Positions 10,773 through 20,931 of a stretch of 64,000 nucleotides of DNA are shown here, piece by piece. Location of the stretch: positions 823 through 64,822 of the forward strand of contig JARKVD010000007.1 in NCBI GenBank assembly GCA_029851835.1. Reading direction: 5' to 3'. The stretch comes from Clostridium sp. GTDB taxonomy: Bacteria > Bacillota > Clostridia > Clostridiales > Clostridiaceae. A program made the position numbers and the translations under genes. The first letter of the stretch is position 1; each line of letters starts with the position of its first letter. The notes under the pieces are model-generated. The model was not told the DNA's origin and did not search any database. It was given only the letters and a program-made list of their open reading frames with translations.

Positions 10773-11729
10773 ATGGCTAACCTTAGCATCATTGATATTG
10801 GTTCTAATACAGTCCACCTACTTATAGTAGACATAACCAATAAAAATAGATTTCGTATTTTATACGAAGATAAGGAACATCTTAGACTAGGTTCAGAGCT
10901 AGCTTCAAATAAAAAAATAAGTAACATTAAAATCTCTGAGACTATAGCAATTTTAAAAAGGTATATGAGTATTAGCTCAACCTTTAACACTCCTCATATT
11001 ATTGCTGTAGCAACAGAAGCCTTAAGAACTGCAGAAAATAGTCATTATATCTTAGAATTAATAAAAAGCAGATTAGGACTTCCTATTAAATTATTATCTT
11101 CTGGTGAAGAAGCCTATTTTTCTTTTTTAGGGGTAAAAAAAATTCATAATATCTCTAAGGGAATAATTATTGATAGTGGCGGTGCAAGTACAGAGTTTAT
11201 AGGAGTAAAAAACAATACATTTATTACTTCAAGCAGCATTCCATTAGGATCTATTAATGTGACTGAAAAAATAAATGTTGATTTAAGTGGTAAATTTATA
11301 TCCTGTGATTACACACAAAATTACTTTAAGGAACTTTTTTCAACTATTAAATGGATTAATGATTTTCATGATTCAACCCTCATTGGAATAGGTGGAACAT
11401 TTAAAAATCTTAGAAGCATTTATAAAAATCTTGATAAAAAAGCTATTTCGAATAAACATATTATTGAAATGTCCCCAAATGACTTACTTTTCCTTTGTAG
11501 CTTTTTAAAAAACCTGTCTTTAGATGATAGAAAAGTACTAAAGGGGCTTTCACCTAAACGTAGTGATATTATACTAGGTGGATGCGAAATAATTAATAAT
11601 TTTCTATACTACCTCAACTTTGATAAAATCATTATCACTGAATCTGGCTTGAGAAACGGAATTCTTTTTAATTACATGGAAATGCTCTTTGATCATAATA
11701 TACCTAAAGATAAATCAACTATTTCATAA
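10773..11729 (+). CDS. ppx: Ppx/GppA-family exopolyphosphatase (short form, no HD tail)
   Basis: IDIGSNT, VATEALR, EEA, DSGGASTE, GIGGT, GLRNG; ATG 10773 after GGAGG. Confidence 0.85.
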   Translation: MANLSIIDIGSNTVHLLIVDITNKNRFRILYEDKEHLRLGSELASNKKISNIKISETIAILKRYMSISSTFNTPHIIAVATEALRTAENSHYILELIKSRLGLPIKLLSSGEEAYFSFLGVKKIHNISKGIIIDSGGASTEFIGVKNNTFITSSSIPLGSINVTEKINVDLSGKFISCDYTQNYFKELFSTIKWINDFHDSTLIGIGGTFKNLRSIYKNLDKKAISNKHIIEMSPNDLLFLCSFLKNLSLDDRKVLKGLSPKRSDIILGGCEIINNFLYYLNFDKIIITESGLRNGILFNYMEMLFDHNIPKDKSTIS

Positions 11730-11756
11730 AAAATGGGATATATTATATCCCATTTT

Positions 11757-12497
11757 TTATCTATAACTAATCTGACATTGGAAAAACTCTAAAGATGAAT
11801 CCTCATTAGTTCCATTTATAAAGTATGTATCCTGTTCCTTTTTATCCTCATACCTATTTAATTGCAGTGTATCCTCTGCCTTTATTTCCTTTATATAATT
11901 TATCTGCATACTAGATATTTCATGATTTTTATGCCACTCCATAGAAAAGCAATCTTCTACAAAAGATACATATCTAGCATTATTCACATGATTATTTGCA
12001 TCTATCTCATTGTAGTATAAAGCTCTATTAATAACTTCAACTGGATCCCCAGGCATTTTTAACTTCTTCAAGCTTTCATGTCCTTTATTATCAACATCAA
12101 CATTTACTATTTCTATTGGACATACCTTTGGTTTCTGCGGAAACTTAGTTTTCGCATCTAACATTAAATAATACAATACAGCATTACCTATCACATTTTC
12201 ATTGCCATCTAAAATAGTAAACCTTCTTACACAAAATAATTTCTCACATCCAGCAAGCTCTGTATCAATTATAACCTCTTCACAGGCTCCAGGGTATCTA
12301 TTAATATTAAACTTCATTCTTGATACTACCCAAAATAGTCCGTGATTCATCATATTTTCGAAACCAAGTCCTAAACTAGTTCCATGTACCTCTGCTGTGT
12401 GCTGAATATAGTCCATTATTGTAAACAGTTTAACCTTTCCCCTAAAATCCACCTCATGGAATTTCACAACAAACTTCTCCCTATGAGTCATTTTCAT
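11757..12497 (-). CDS. Acyl-ACP thioesterase (double hot-dog fold)
   Basis: EIDANNHVNNARY, WVVSRM. Confidence 0.88.
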   Translation of the reverse strand: MKMTHREKFVVKFHEVDFRGKVKLFTIMDYIQHTAEVHGTSLGLGFENMMNHGLFWVVSRMKFNINRYPGACEEVIIDTELAGCEKLFCVRRFTILDGNENVIGNAVLYYLMLDAKTKFPQKPKVCPIEIVNVDVDNKGHESLKKLKMPGDPVEVINRALYYNEIDANNHVNNARYVSFVEDCFSMEWHKNHEISSMQINYIKEIKAEDTLQLNRYEDKKEQDTYFINGTNEDSSLEFFQCQISYR

Positions 12498-12617
12498 AAA
12501 AACAAACCTCCCTATTGGTGCCTTCTATATTTTAAACTTAATATTTATTACAATTTATAGATTAAATAATAAAATTAGTATATCATAATTTGTATATTAA
12601 CGTTAAGGAGAAATAAT

Positions 12618-13925
12618 ATGAATAAACCTTTAATAGATAATATGATTTTAATTTCTTTAGACGCTTTAAAAGCAGACGATTTAGAAATTTTAAAAACCCT
12701 TCCTAATTTTTCAATGTTAATGAATAAAGGAGTTTTTGCTAAAAGAGTTAAAACCATTTATCCATCATTAACTTATCCCGCCCATACCACTATAATTACA
12801 GGAAACTATCCAAAGAAACACGGAATTATAAATAATAAACTATTAGAACCATCTAATAATTTATGTCCATGGTTTTGGTATAGAAAATATATTAAAACTC
12901 CAACCCTCTATGATGCTGCTAAAGAAAATAAACTTACTGTGGCCTCTATATTTTGGCCTGTGAGTGCAAATTCTTCCATAAAATATAATATGCCAGAAGT
13001 TTTTTCTTATAAAAAATATATCACCCAAGAAATGAGTTCTCTTATGAGCGGAAGCATTTCTTACCAGCTAAAACTATTTAAAAAATATAGACATATGAAG
13101 AAAGGCATAAAAGAGCCTGAACTAGATGATTTTGCCATAGCTTGCGCTATTGATACTCTTAAAATCTATAGGCCCAATCTTTTAATGCTCCACCTTTTAG
13201 ACCTTGATACTCAACGTCATGATTATGGAACAAACTCATCAAAGGCCTATAGCGCGCTTCAAAGACATGATGTTCGAATAGGAAAGTTAATTGATACACT
13301 AAAAGAAATGAAGATTTATGATAAAACAAATTTTATTGTACTAGGTGATCATGGCTTCCAAGATTTTAATAAAATTATTTATATAAATAATTTATTCAAA
13401 AAAGAAGGACTTCTTATGGCTGATTCCAAAAATAAAATACTACAGTGGAAAGCCTATTTTAAATCTTGTGATGGTAGTGCTTATATTTACTTAAACAATC
13501 CTTCAGATAAACTACTAGAAGATAAAGTGAAAAAAATTCTTAATTCACTTGCTTCAAGTTCTAAATATGGAATTAAAGCAGTTTATGATAATAACCAATT
13601 AATCTCTTTCGGATGCGATCCTAAGGCATCCTTTATGATTGAAGCTAATGAAGGATTTGTTTTCTCCGAAAAATTAAATAACTCCTTAGTAGTATCATCC
13701 TCCCAAAACTCAGAATGTTTAACTGGAACCCATGGATATTCTCCTGAAAATCCTAACTTAGATACATTGTTTATGGCTTCAGGACCAGCATTCAAAAATA
13801 ATTATTTTATAGAAAATATGAGCCTTATTGATATTGCACCAACACTTGCAAAAGCTTTAAATATAGACTTTTATCCTTGTGATGGTAAAGTAATTGAGAA
13901 TTTTCTTATTAAAAAAAGTCCGTAG
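12618..13925 (+). CDS. Nucleotide pyrophosphatase/phosphodiesterase (alkaline phosphatase superfamily)
   Basis: ISLDAL, PSLTYPAHTTIITG, DTQRH, GDHG, GTHGY. Confidence 0.88.
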   Translation: MNKPLIDNMILISLDALKADDLEILKTLPNFSMLMNKGVFAKRVKTIYPSLTYPAHTTIITGNYPKKHGIINNKLLEPSNNLCPWFWYRKYIKTPTLYDAAKENKLTVASIFWPVSANSSIKYNMPEVFSYKKYITQEMSSLMSGSISYQLKLFKKYRHMKKGIKEPELDDFAIACAIDTLKIYRPNLLMLHLLDLDTQRHDYGTNSSKAYSALQRHDVRIGKLIDTLKEMKIYDKTNFIVLGDHGFQDFNKIIYINNLFKKEGLLMADSKNKILQWKAYFKSCDGSAYIYLNNPSDKLLEDKVKKILNSLASSSKYGIKAVYDNNQLISFGCDPKASFMIEANEGFVFSEKLNNSLVVSSSQNSECLTGTHGYSPENPNLDTLFMASGPAFKNNYFIENMSLIDIAPTLAKALNIDFYPCDGKVIENFLIKKSP

Positions 13926-13976
13926 CTAATAGTTACGGACTTTTTACTTAAAATATATAAGCCTTAAAGCTTTTTA

Positions 13977-14492
13977 TTAAATTATCATTTTAATAAAAAT
14001 AGCACTTGCTGAACCTACAACCACTCCTGCTCCTACATCAGTAGGATAATGAACTCCCAGATACATCCTCGAAAATCCTACCAAGGAAGCTAAAATTAAC
14101 GAAATCGTAGCTAACCCTGTAAATTTTAATGCTATACTCACTCCTATGGAAAATGCAGCAGTGGTATGTCCAGAGGGAAATGAATAATCATCTACGCCTA
14201 TCTTATTAACAATTATTTCCGGAATATTTATATAGGGCCTGATTCTGTTCTTAATTCTTTTTATAAAATGTGTAATACCACTAGATACAATGATAGAAAA
14301 TGAAGTAATTACTCCAAGATTTTTAACATCTTTGTTTCTAGATATTATAGTCATTACAACAAAAATAGCACAAAATGTTGCTGAACCAAAAAAAGTTATT
14401 ATAGGCATTACTTTATCTAATAACTTGCACCTTAGTTTTGAATTAACAAAATGCAGTAGCGAAATATCTGTTTTTCTTATTAAATCTATCAT
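13977..14492 (-). CDS. PAP2-family membrane phosphatase
   Basis: KxxxxRxRP, SFPSGH, SRMYLGVHYPTD. Confidence 0.92.
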   Translation of the reverse strand: MIDLIRKTDISLLHFVNSKLRCKLLDKVMPIITFFGSATFCAIFVVMTIISRNKDVKNLGVITSFSIIVSSGITHFIKRIKNRIRPYINIPEIIVNKIGVDDYSFPSGHTTAAFSIGVSIALKFTGLATISLILASLVGFSRMYLGVHYPTDVGAGVVVGSASAIFIKMII

Positions 14493-14710
14493 GTATGCTA
14501 AACCTCCAAAAGTAAATTACTTAAATTATATATATAACACTAATAAATTAAAAGTTATTTTTTTAAATTTATAAAGCTTTATATTAATCTTTTTTACACT
14601 ACAAGTAAGTTCCATTAATTATTTATAAATAATTGAATAGAATTAATAATAGACTAATGATAAAATAATTTTATAAATATTTAAAATATTCACTCAACCA
14701 AGGAGGTTCT

Positions 14711-17700
14711 ATGGAATTTTTACAGCTTAAAGATATAAAAAAAAGATTCCTTCAAGGCTTAACAAATTCACATTTTACAAAATATAAAAAACTATCTCCA
14801 GTATTACTGGATAAGCATATAAACTCACCTCAATTTCTTTACAAACTCCAAGAAATCCTCTCTAGTAAAGAAATCAAACCTTCAGAGGTATTAATACTAT
14901 GCACTCCTCTCTTAGTTGAACTTTGGAATACCGGTCCTGATAACTGGCTAAAATATATTTATAATTATGCTCTTTATAAGAATTTTAAAGAAGCTGTAAC
15001 CACAAAACTAAATTCCGATTTCAATTTAGGTTGTGAAGTATATTTAAAAATCCTAAAGATTCTTTGTGATGTTGAAAAAACTTTTAATAATCCTTTTAAT
15101 TGGCAAAGTAAATATCCCATGACTCCTTTAGATGAGGATGATATTAATGAATTAGAACGTAAAGAGGAATATGTTAAATTCCTTAGAGCTTTTAATAGAG
15201 ACTATGTATACGAAATGATGAAAATTAATGGTGAAATTTTTAATTTCAACACTTTAGACCATATATGCGGAGTTCATTATTTAGCCATGTTTTTAGCCAG
15301 ACAATTAAAAACAAAAGGTATCCCTATAGATTTAGGAAGAGTTTCTGGCGCCGCCGCAGGACATGATATAGGAAAATACGGCTGTAAAGGTGATGAGCTA
15401 AAAAAAGTTCCTCATTATCATTATTATTATACCGACCATTGGTTTAAAAATCATGGAATTAACTATATAAGAAACATAGCCATTAATCACTCAACCTGGG
15501 ATTTAGAATTAGAAAATTTATCTCTAGAATCTTTAATTCTTATTTATTGTGACTTCAGAGTAAAAAACTCTATTCCAGAAAATAAAATGACAATCTTTTC
15601 TCTTAAGGATTCATTTCAAGTAATTCTCAATAAACTTGAAAATGTAGATACTAAAAAGGAAAATCGCTATAAAAGAGTTTATACTAAGCTCCACGACTTT
15701 GAAATGTACCTTCACAGTATAAATGTATCAATAAATCCAGATGAATCACCAAATTACTACAAAGAGATTGAGGTGCCTTCATACTCTTTAGTGCATGGTA
15801 ATGAATTAATTAGAGCAATTAAAAATCTTACCATATCCCATAATATAAATCTAATGTATATTCTTCGTGATGAATACTCACTGAACACTATCCTTGAGCA
15901 GGCTAGAAGCGAAGGAAATTTTAAAAATCTAAGACAATATATTGAAGTTTTAGATGAATACTGTACTTACTTTACACAAAAACAAAAACTTCAAACACTT
16001 AACTTTTTATATGAAACTTTAACCCATAGTGAGGAAGATATCAGGCGCTACTCAGCCCATTTAATTGGTAAATTAATAGCCCTTTTTGATGAAATATATA
16101 GAAAAGAATTACCTGGAACTGCATCATTAGAGTCACCATCTATAACCAGCTATTCACTGTTTGATGAATATTTAAATCTAATGCTTCGTCCTAGCAACAG
16201 ATTGATTCCTGCTCACAGAAGCTGGATAGGTTACAATACAAAAACAATGGTAAAATCATTATTTAATACCAGTAGGAATGGATTTCTTAGTATATACAGA
16301 AATATTATTTTGAAGCATTATCAAGCAGATAATTTAACCTTTGATACTCAACTTTATCTCCTTGATACTGCAAAATTTATCTCCTTTGAAAATTCAAACC
16401 TAGAGGTACTTCCTATAATTGAATTTATTCTAAGATTAACCTCAAAAAAGATACCAGTACTTCGACTAGCAGCTCTTGAAAGCTTAAAGGATATTATCCC
16501 TAGAGTAGATAATAACCTTGAAATAAAAAATATAATAATTAGCTATATTGAACCTATAAATGTAAAAAGTAAAAATCCATCTGAAAACCTATTATACATG
16601 AATATATTTAAGTTACTTAAAATGAAGGAACAGGAAATACGCTTTAGTAAATACTGTTCATCAGATTATTCAAAGGTACCTGAACTATTCCTAAGTAATC
16701 TTAAATCAGCTACAAATTGGTTTGTGAAGAAGCAACAGATAGATATTCTTTTAGACTTTACCTTAACTAAAGCACCCTATACTGGACTTCATACATGCAT
16801 CCATCTCTGCAATATGCTTAAAGTTAGCGAATATGAAGCCGTTAGAAATAAATCTGGATCCTCCATATTAAAAATAATGCCAATACTAAGTCCTTCAGAA
16901 AGAAACGAAGTTGCAATCGAACTATTAAGAGGACTAGAAATAGAAGGTCAACGCTTTACTGAGTATATCCCTCCATTCCTTGGTTTAATTATCCTATGGC
17001 TTGAACCAGAAGAACTTGATGAAATTATTGATGATTTAAAATACAAAGTAAAAACCGCTAACGTAGATGTTAAAATTCTTATTTTAAAAGCTATCGGAAC
17101 TACTATAGCTAATTATGTGTTATATAAGGAGAGATATCAAGAAGTTGATGAAATATATAATACTCGTCTGAAAAAGCTTTTAGCTATTTTACTAAATGGT
17201 ATTGGTCATTATACAAATAAAGTTAAGCAAGCAGCCATTACGGCTTTAGGAAGAGATATATTTGACTCTTCAACCTTATCTTTAGAAAATAAACTTCATA
17301 TATTTAAATTATGTGCAAAAAAACTTATTACTCTTATATCTAATAATGACAATGATAGATTGTTACTTTTAACAGATGCAGCTGCCTTAAATCATATATA
17401 TAGATTTATTTCAGACTACAATTTCTTCAAGGGAAGGGTGCACTTAACAAAACCTGATAAAATAGCCTTTTTCCCTGGCACCTTTGATCCATTTTCATTG
17501 GGACATAAAAACATTGCCAAATCAATAAGAGATTTAGGCTTTGAAGTTTATTTAGCAGTGGATGAATTTTCATGGTCTAAGAAAACTCTTCCTAATCTAA
17601 TAAGAAAAAATTTAATTAATCTATCCATTTGTGATGAATTTAGTATTTATATTTATCCTGAAAATCCACAGATTAATATTGCAAACCCCATGGATTTAAA

Positions 17701-19570
17701 AACGCTTAAAGAATCCTTTACAGGTTCTGAAGTTTATTTTGTTGCTGGCAGTGATGTCCTTCTGAATGCATCCTGTTATAAAAAGCTTCCTACAGAACAC
17801 TCTATACACAGCTTTAAACATATAATCTTCGAACGCGGAAACGCTAAGAAACTTCAAGAAGCTAAAGCATGTATAACTGGAGAAATACTTATACTAAATT
17901 TACCTCAAAAATACTCAACCATAAGCTCAAGCCAAATAAGAACTTATATTGATAAAAATAGAGATGTATCAATGCTTCTTGATCCTCTTGTATCACAGTA
18001 TATCCATGAAAAGGGATTCTATCAGAGAGAGCCCCTTGATAAGGTTTCTTATAACTTAAATACACTAGACTTTGATTATCTAGATTATATAGATGATGCT
18101 GTAATAGAAAATATTATTCATCATACTAATTCCAATATAAGTTTAAAGAATTGTCTAATTAGCCTAAAAGAAAAAGAATCACCCAAAATAATTTTGATAA
18201 AAAACTCTTCAACTAAAGAAATTTTGGCACTTTCCATGATTCATTGGGTAAGATCAAATAATCTATACAAAGAAGTTCAAAACGAGGCTATTTCAAGAGA
18301 ACTTCGAGATACTTCTGTAGGTAGAATAATTTTTATAGATGGAATTTATATTGCCCATAAAGATAAAAATAAGCTGATGGAGCAAATTATTTTAACAGAA
18401 ACCTTAGCTCATGTAATTGCCAAAGACTATGAATATGCAGTATTCAATCCAAATAATGAGCATCTTTTAAATAGCCAGCTTATAGAGATAATGTTATCAC
18501 AAGGCTTTAAAAACATTGGTAATAACAACTATTCACTTCCAATTTTAGCTGTGAATATGACCAGCCCCTGCATCTTAAATTTGGATATGGAAAACATATT
18601 AAAGGAACCTTTTAGGAGCAATACTAAAATAAAAAATATTATTAATACCAGGAGAAGAATCCTAGAGAATAATTTATCAAATCTTTATCCAAATGAACTT
18701 CTACTATGCTTTAACAGCGAAGTTTTACATGAAAAAATGATAAAAAATATTTGTTATGAAAATGAAGTCAGCACTAAAATTAAAGAACCTAAAAAGTACG
18801 GTGAAAACATGTGTGTTCCCTATGGAGACATCTTAGATAGGTACGTAGTTCCAAATACGGTAACCAAATCCCTCCATACTGAAAAATACTATGCTGGTGA
18901 TATGAAGTCCTTCTTCATCGGTGAATCTCCTTACTACATGCCACTAGTTAATCAAATGAACATGATTAAATCCTTTAATAAACCAATTTTCTTAGTTGAC
19001 AATATTCTTCATAAGGGGTATAGAATGAAAGCTTTAGACCCACTTTTAACAGATGCAGGGATTAACGTAAATAAAATTCTTTGTGGAATACTATCTGGTA
19101 GAGGTAAAGATTTAATGGATATTCAAAACAGACAGGTATCAAGTGTATACTACATTCCTAGATTAAAACTATGGTTTAATGAAAATGCCCTTTATCCCTT
19201 CCTTGGAGGAGATGCAATATGGAGAGGTGCTTTTCCAAAACGTAACCTTATTCCATCTATTAACTCAATACTTCCCTATTCCTACCCTGAATATATTAAA
19301 GGAGTTTCTCACCATAGAATTTATAAACTTTCTAAATGCTGCCTAGAAAACTCCATGGAAATTTTGAAAGCATTGGAAGGAGAATATCATAAACTTTACG
19401 GACGTAGCTTAACTCTAGCTTCCCTAGGTGAAGTAATAACAGTTCCAAGAAGTCCTGATATAGGAAAAGGCATTGAGTACGATTTATCCTCAACACCTTC
19501 AGCACTAGTAGAAAAAGACCTAGAATTATTAATTCGACTAGAAAATATACTTCAAGAAAGGAGGCTTTAG
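14711..19570 (+). CDS. 1619-aa multidomain protein: HD domain, HEAT-like repeats, cytidylyltransferase-like (HxGH) nucleotidyltransferase, GNAT-like and PRTase-like domains
   Basis: DHICGVH...GHDIGK...NHS...CDF; FFPGTFDPFSLGH, VAGSD, ISSSQIR; IFLVDNILHKGYR; AGGAGG RBS. Confidence 0.8.
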   Translation: MEFLQLKDIKKRFLQGLTNSHFTKYKKLSPVLLDKHINSPQFLYKLQEILSSKEIKPSEVLILCTPLLVELWNTGPDNWLKYIYNYALYKNFKEAVTTKLNSDFNLGCEVYLKILKILCDVEKTFNNPFNWQSKYPMTPLDEDDINELERKEEYVKFLRAFNRDYVYEMMKINGEIFNFNTLDHICGVHYLAMFLARQLKTKGIPIDLGRVSGAAAGHDIGKYGCKGDELKKVPHYHYYYTDHWFKNHGINYIRNIAINHSTWDLELENLSLESLILIYCDFRVKNSIPENKMTIFSLKDSFQVILNKLENVDTKKENRYKRVYTKLHDFEMYLHSINVSINPDESPNYYKEIEVPSYSLVHGNELIRAIKNLTISHNINLMYILRDEYSLNTILEQARSEGNFKNLRQYIEVLDEYCTYFTQKQKLQTLNFLYETLTHSEEDIRRYSAHLIGKLIALFDEIYRKELPGTASLESPSITSYSLFDEYLNLMLRPSNRLIPAHRSWIGYNTKTMVKSLFNTSRNGFLSIYRNIILKHYQADNLTFDTQLYLLDTAKFISFENSNLEVLPIIEFILRLTSKKIPVLRLAALESLKDIIPRVDNNLEIKNIIISYIEPINVKSKNPSENLLYMNIFKLLKMKEQEIRFSKYCSSDYSKVPELFLSNLKSATNWFVKKQQIDILLDFTLTKAPYTGLHTCIHLCNMLKVSEYEAVRNKSGSSILKIMPILSPSERNEVAIELLRGLEIEGQRFTEYIPPFLGLIILWLEPEELDEIIDDLKYKVKTANVDVKILILKAIGTTIANYVLYKERYQEVDEIYNTRLKKLLAILLNGIGHYTNKVKQAAITALGRDIFDSSTLSLENKLHIFKLCAKKLITLISNNDNDRLLLLTDAAALNHIYRFISDYNFFKGRVHLTKPDKIAFFPGTFDPFSLGHKNIAKSIRDLGFEVYLAVDEFSWSKKTLPNLIRKNLINLSICDEFSIYIYPENPQINIANPMDLKTLKESFTGSEVYFVAGSDVLLNASCYKKLPTEHSIHSFKHIIFERGNAKKLQEAKACITGEILILNLPQKYSTISSSQIRTYIDKNRDVSMLLDPLVSQYIHEKGFYQREPLDKVSYNLNTLDFDYLDYIDDAVIENIIHHTNSNISLKNCLISLKEKESPKIILIKNSSTKEILALSMIHWVRSNNLYKEVQNEAISRELRDTSVGRIIFIDGIYIAHKDKNKLMEQIILTETLAHVIAKDYEYAVFNPNNEHLLNSQLIEIMLSQGFKNIGNNNYSLPILAVNMTSPCILNLDMENILKEPFRSNTKIKNIINTRRRILENNLSNLYPNELLLCFNSEVLHEKMIKNICYENEVSTKIKEPKKYGENMCVPYGDILDRYVVPNTVTKSLHTEKYYAGDMKSFFIGESPYYMPLVNQMNMIKSFNKPIFLVDNILHKGYRMKALDPLLTDAGINVNKILCGILSGRGKDLMDIQNRQVSSVYYIPRLKLWFNENALYPFLGGDAIWRGAFPKRNLIPSINSILPYSYPEYIKGVSHHRIYKLSKCCLENSMEILKALEGEYHKLYGRSLTLASLGEVITVPRSPDIGKGIEYDLSSTPSALVEKDLELLIRLENILQERRL

Positions 19571-20836
19571 ATGCATTATTATCTTTTTAAAAACAATCTT
19601 ATTGTAAGTAAAATATCTATAGATAAACCTAATTACAAAGAAATTACCGAAGAGGATGCAAGAAGTTACTCTGGAAAGATTTTTATATTTAATCCAATGA
19701 ATCCTGAAATTTCTCGCCGCTCCTTTATAATTTCAAATAAGTCTATGTGTTTCCTGAAAGATGAAAATTTAACACTTCTCTCATCCTTAAATCATAGCTC
19801 AAATTCATATAAGCTAATTCCTTCATGGCTAGAAAAAAAAATCCATAGTGGTGCTGTAATATCTTTAAACCCGAACTATCCAAATTATGAGGATGCAATT
19901 ACTTACTCATCACCAAAGAAATGGAAAATAAATGTTATTGGCCTTGGAGATGTTGGAGCAACTTTATTAACTGGTTTAAAACTTTTAGGCACAGATACAA
20001 TAGATAGCTTAGGAATTTACGATTTAGATAAAAACAAAGTAACTCGTTTAAACTTTGAACTGTCACAAATTCTTTCCGCTAACGGCAAAGAAAATTCCCT
20101 AAAAATACAGGCTTTAAAAGAAGCTGATTTGTTTAATTGTGATATGTTTGTATTTTGTGTATCTGTTGGCGTCCCTCCTATAGGAAATGAACATAATGAT
20201 GTAAGACTAGTACAATTTAAAGGAAACAGAACGGTATTAAAACATTACGGTAAACTAGCACGTGATGCAAAATTCAAAGGCATTTTTGCAGTTGTATCTG
20301 ATCCTGTAGATTTATTGTGTAAATCTTTATTTGAGCATAGTAATCGAGATGAAAACGGACTTATGGATTTTAAAGGTTTAGCTCCTGAGCAGATAAGAGG
20401 ATATGGATTAGGTGTTATGAACGCTAGGGCTGTTTATTATAGTTCCTTAAAAGATGAAACTAAAAACTATATCAAGGAAGGTCGAGCTTATGGCCCACAC
20501 GGAGAAGGATTAATTATAGCAAACAGCATTGAACATTTTGATGAAGATGCTACTGATTTTCTTACTGAAAAAACCAAAACTGCCAATTTAGAAGTTCGAG
20601 TTTCTGGCTTTAAGCCATACATTGCCCCGGCACTTTCCTCTGGTGCCTTGAGCCTATTAGATACCCTAGCAGGAAATTATCACTATTCTTCCAACTTCCT
20701 TGGGGGTACTTTTATGGGCTGTAAAAACAGATATATACATGGTTGTACAGAAAATGAGTTAGTACCTATTCCTGACCTACTAATGAAAAAGCTTCAGGAA
20801 ACCTACACTCTTTTAAATAAACTTTATTTATCTTAA
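19571..20836 (+). CDS. Lactate/malate dehydrogenase-fold oxidoreductase with N-terminal extension
   Basis: INVIGLGDVG, IYDLD, VVSDPVD, MNAR, GPHG; ATG directly follows the upstream stop. Confidence 0.8.
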   Translation: MHYYLFKNNLIVSKISIDKPNYKEITEEDARSYSGKIFIFNPMNPEISRRSFIISNKSMCFLKDENLTLLSSLNHSSNSYKLIPSWLEKKIHSGAVISLNPNYPNYEDAITYSSPKKWKINVIGLGDVGATLLTGLKLLGTDTIDSLGIYDLDKNKVTRLNFELSQILSANGKENSLKIQALKEADLFNCDMFVFCVSVGVPPIGNEHNDVRLVQFKGNRTVLKHYGKLARDAKFKGIFAVVSDPVDLLCKSLFEHSNRDENGLMDFKGLAPEQIRGYGLGVMNARAVYYSSLKDETKNYIKEGRAYGPHGEGLIIANSIEHFDEDATDFLTEKTKTANLEVRVSGFKPYIAPALSSGALSLLDTLAGNYHYSSNFLGGTFMGCKNRYIHGCTENELVPIPDLLMKKLQETYTLLNKLYLS

Positions 20837-20903
20837 GTGAGAGTCCAAATTTTAATTTGGGTACTCGAACTTACTCCTTCAAATGAAATGAGGAGGAGTT
20901 TCC
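20836..20903 (+). repeat. Single copy of the two-hairpin element
   Basis: TTA|AGTGAGAGTCCAAATTTTAATTTGG...GAACTTACTCCTTC...GAGGAGGAGTTTCC, starting at the stop codon of the LDH-like gene. Confidence 0.85.
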
Positions 20904-20931
20904 ACTATCTAATAATCTAGGAGGGATTATC

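Noticed and set aside
14711-19570. Plain nadD annotation, or an anti-phage defence island
   Set aside because: The NadD-like part is only about 200 of 1619 aa; there are no mobile or defence genes around it and no obvious compositional shift by eye, so neither label is supported
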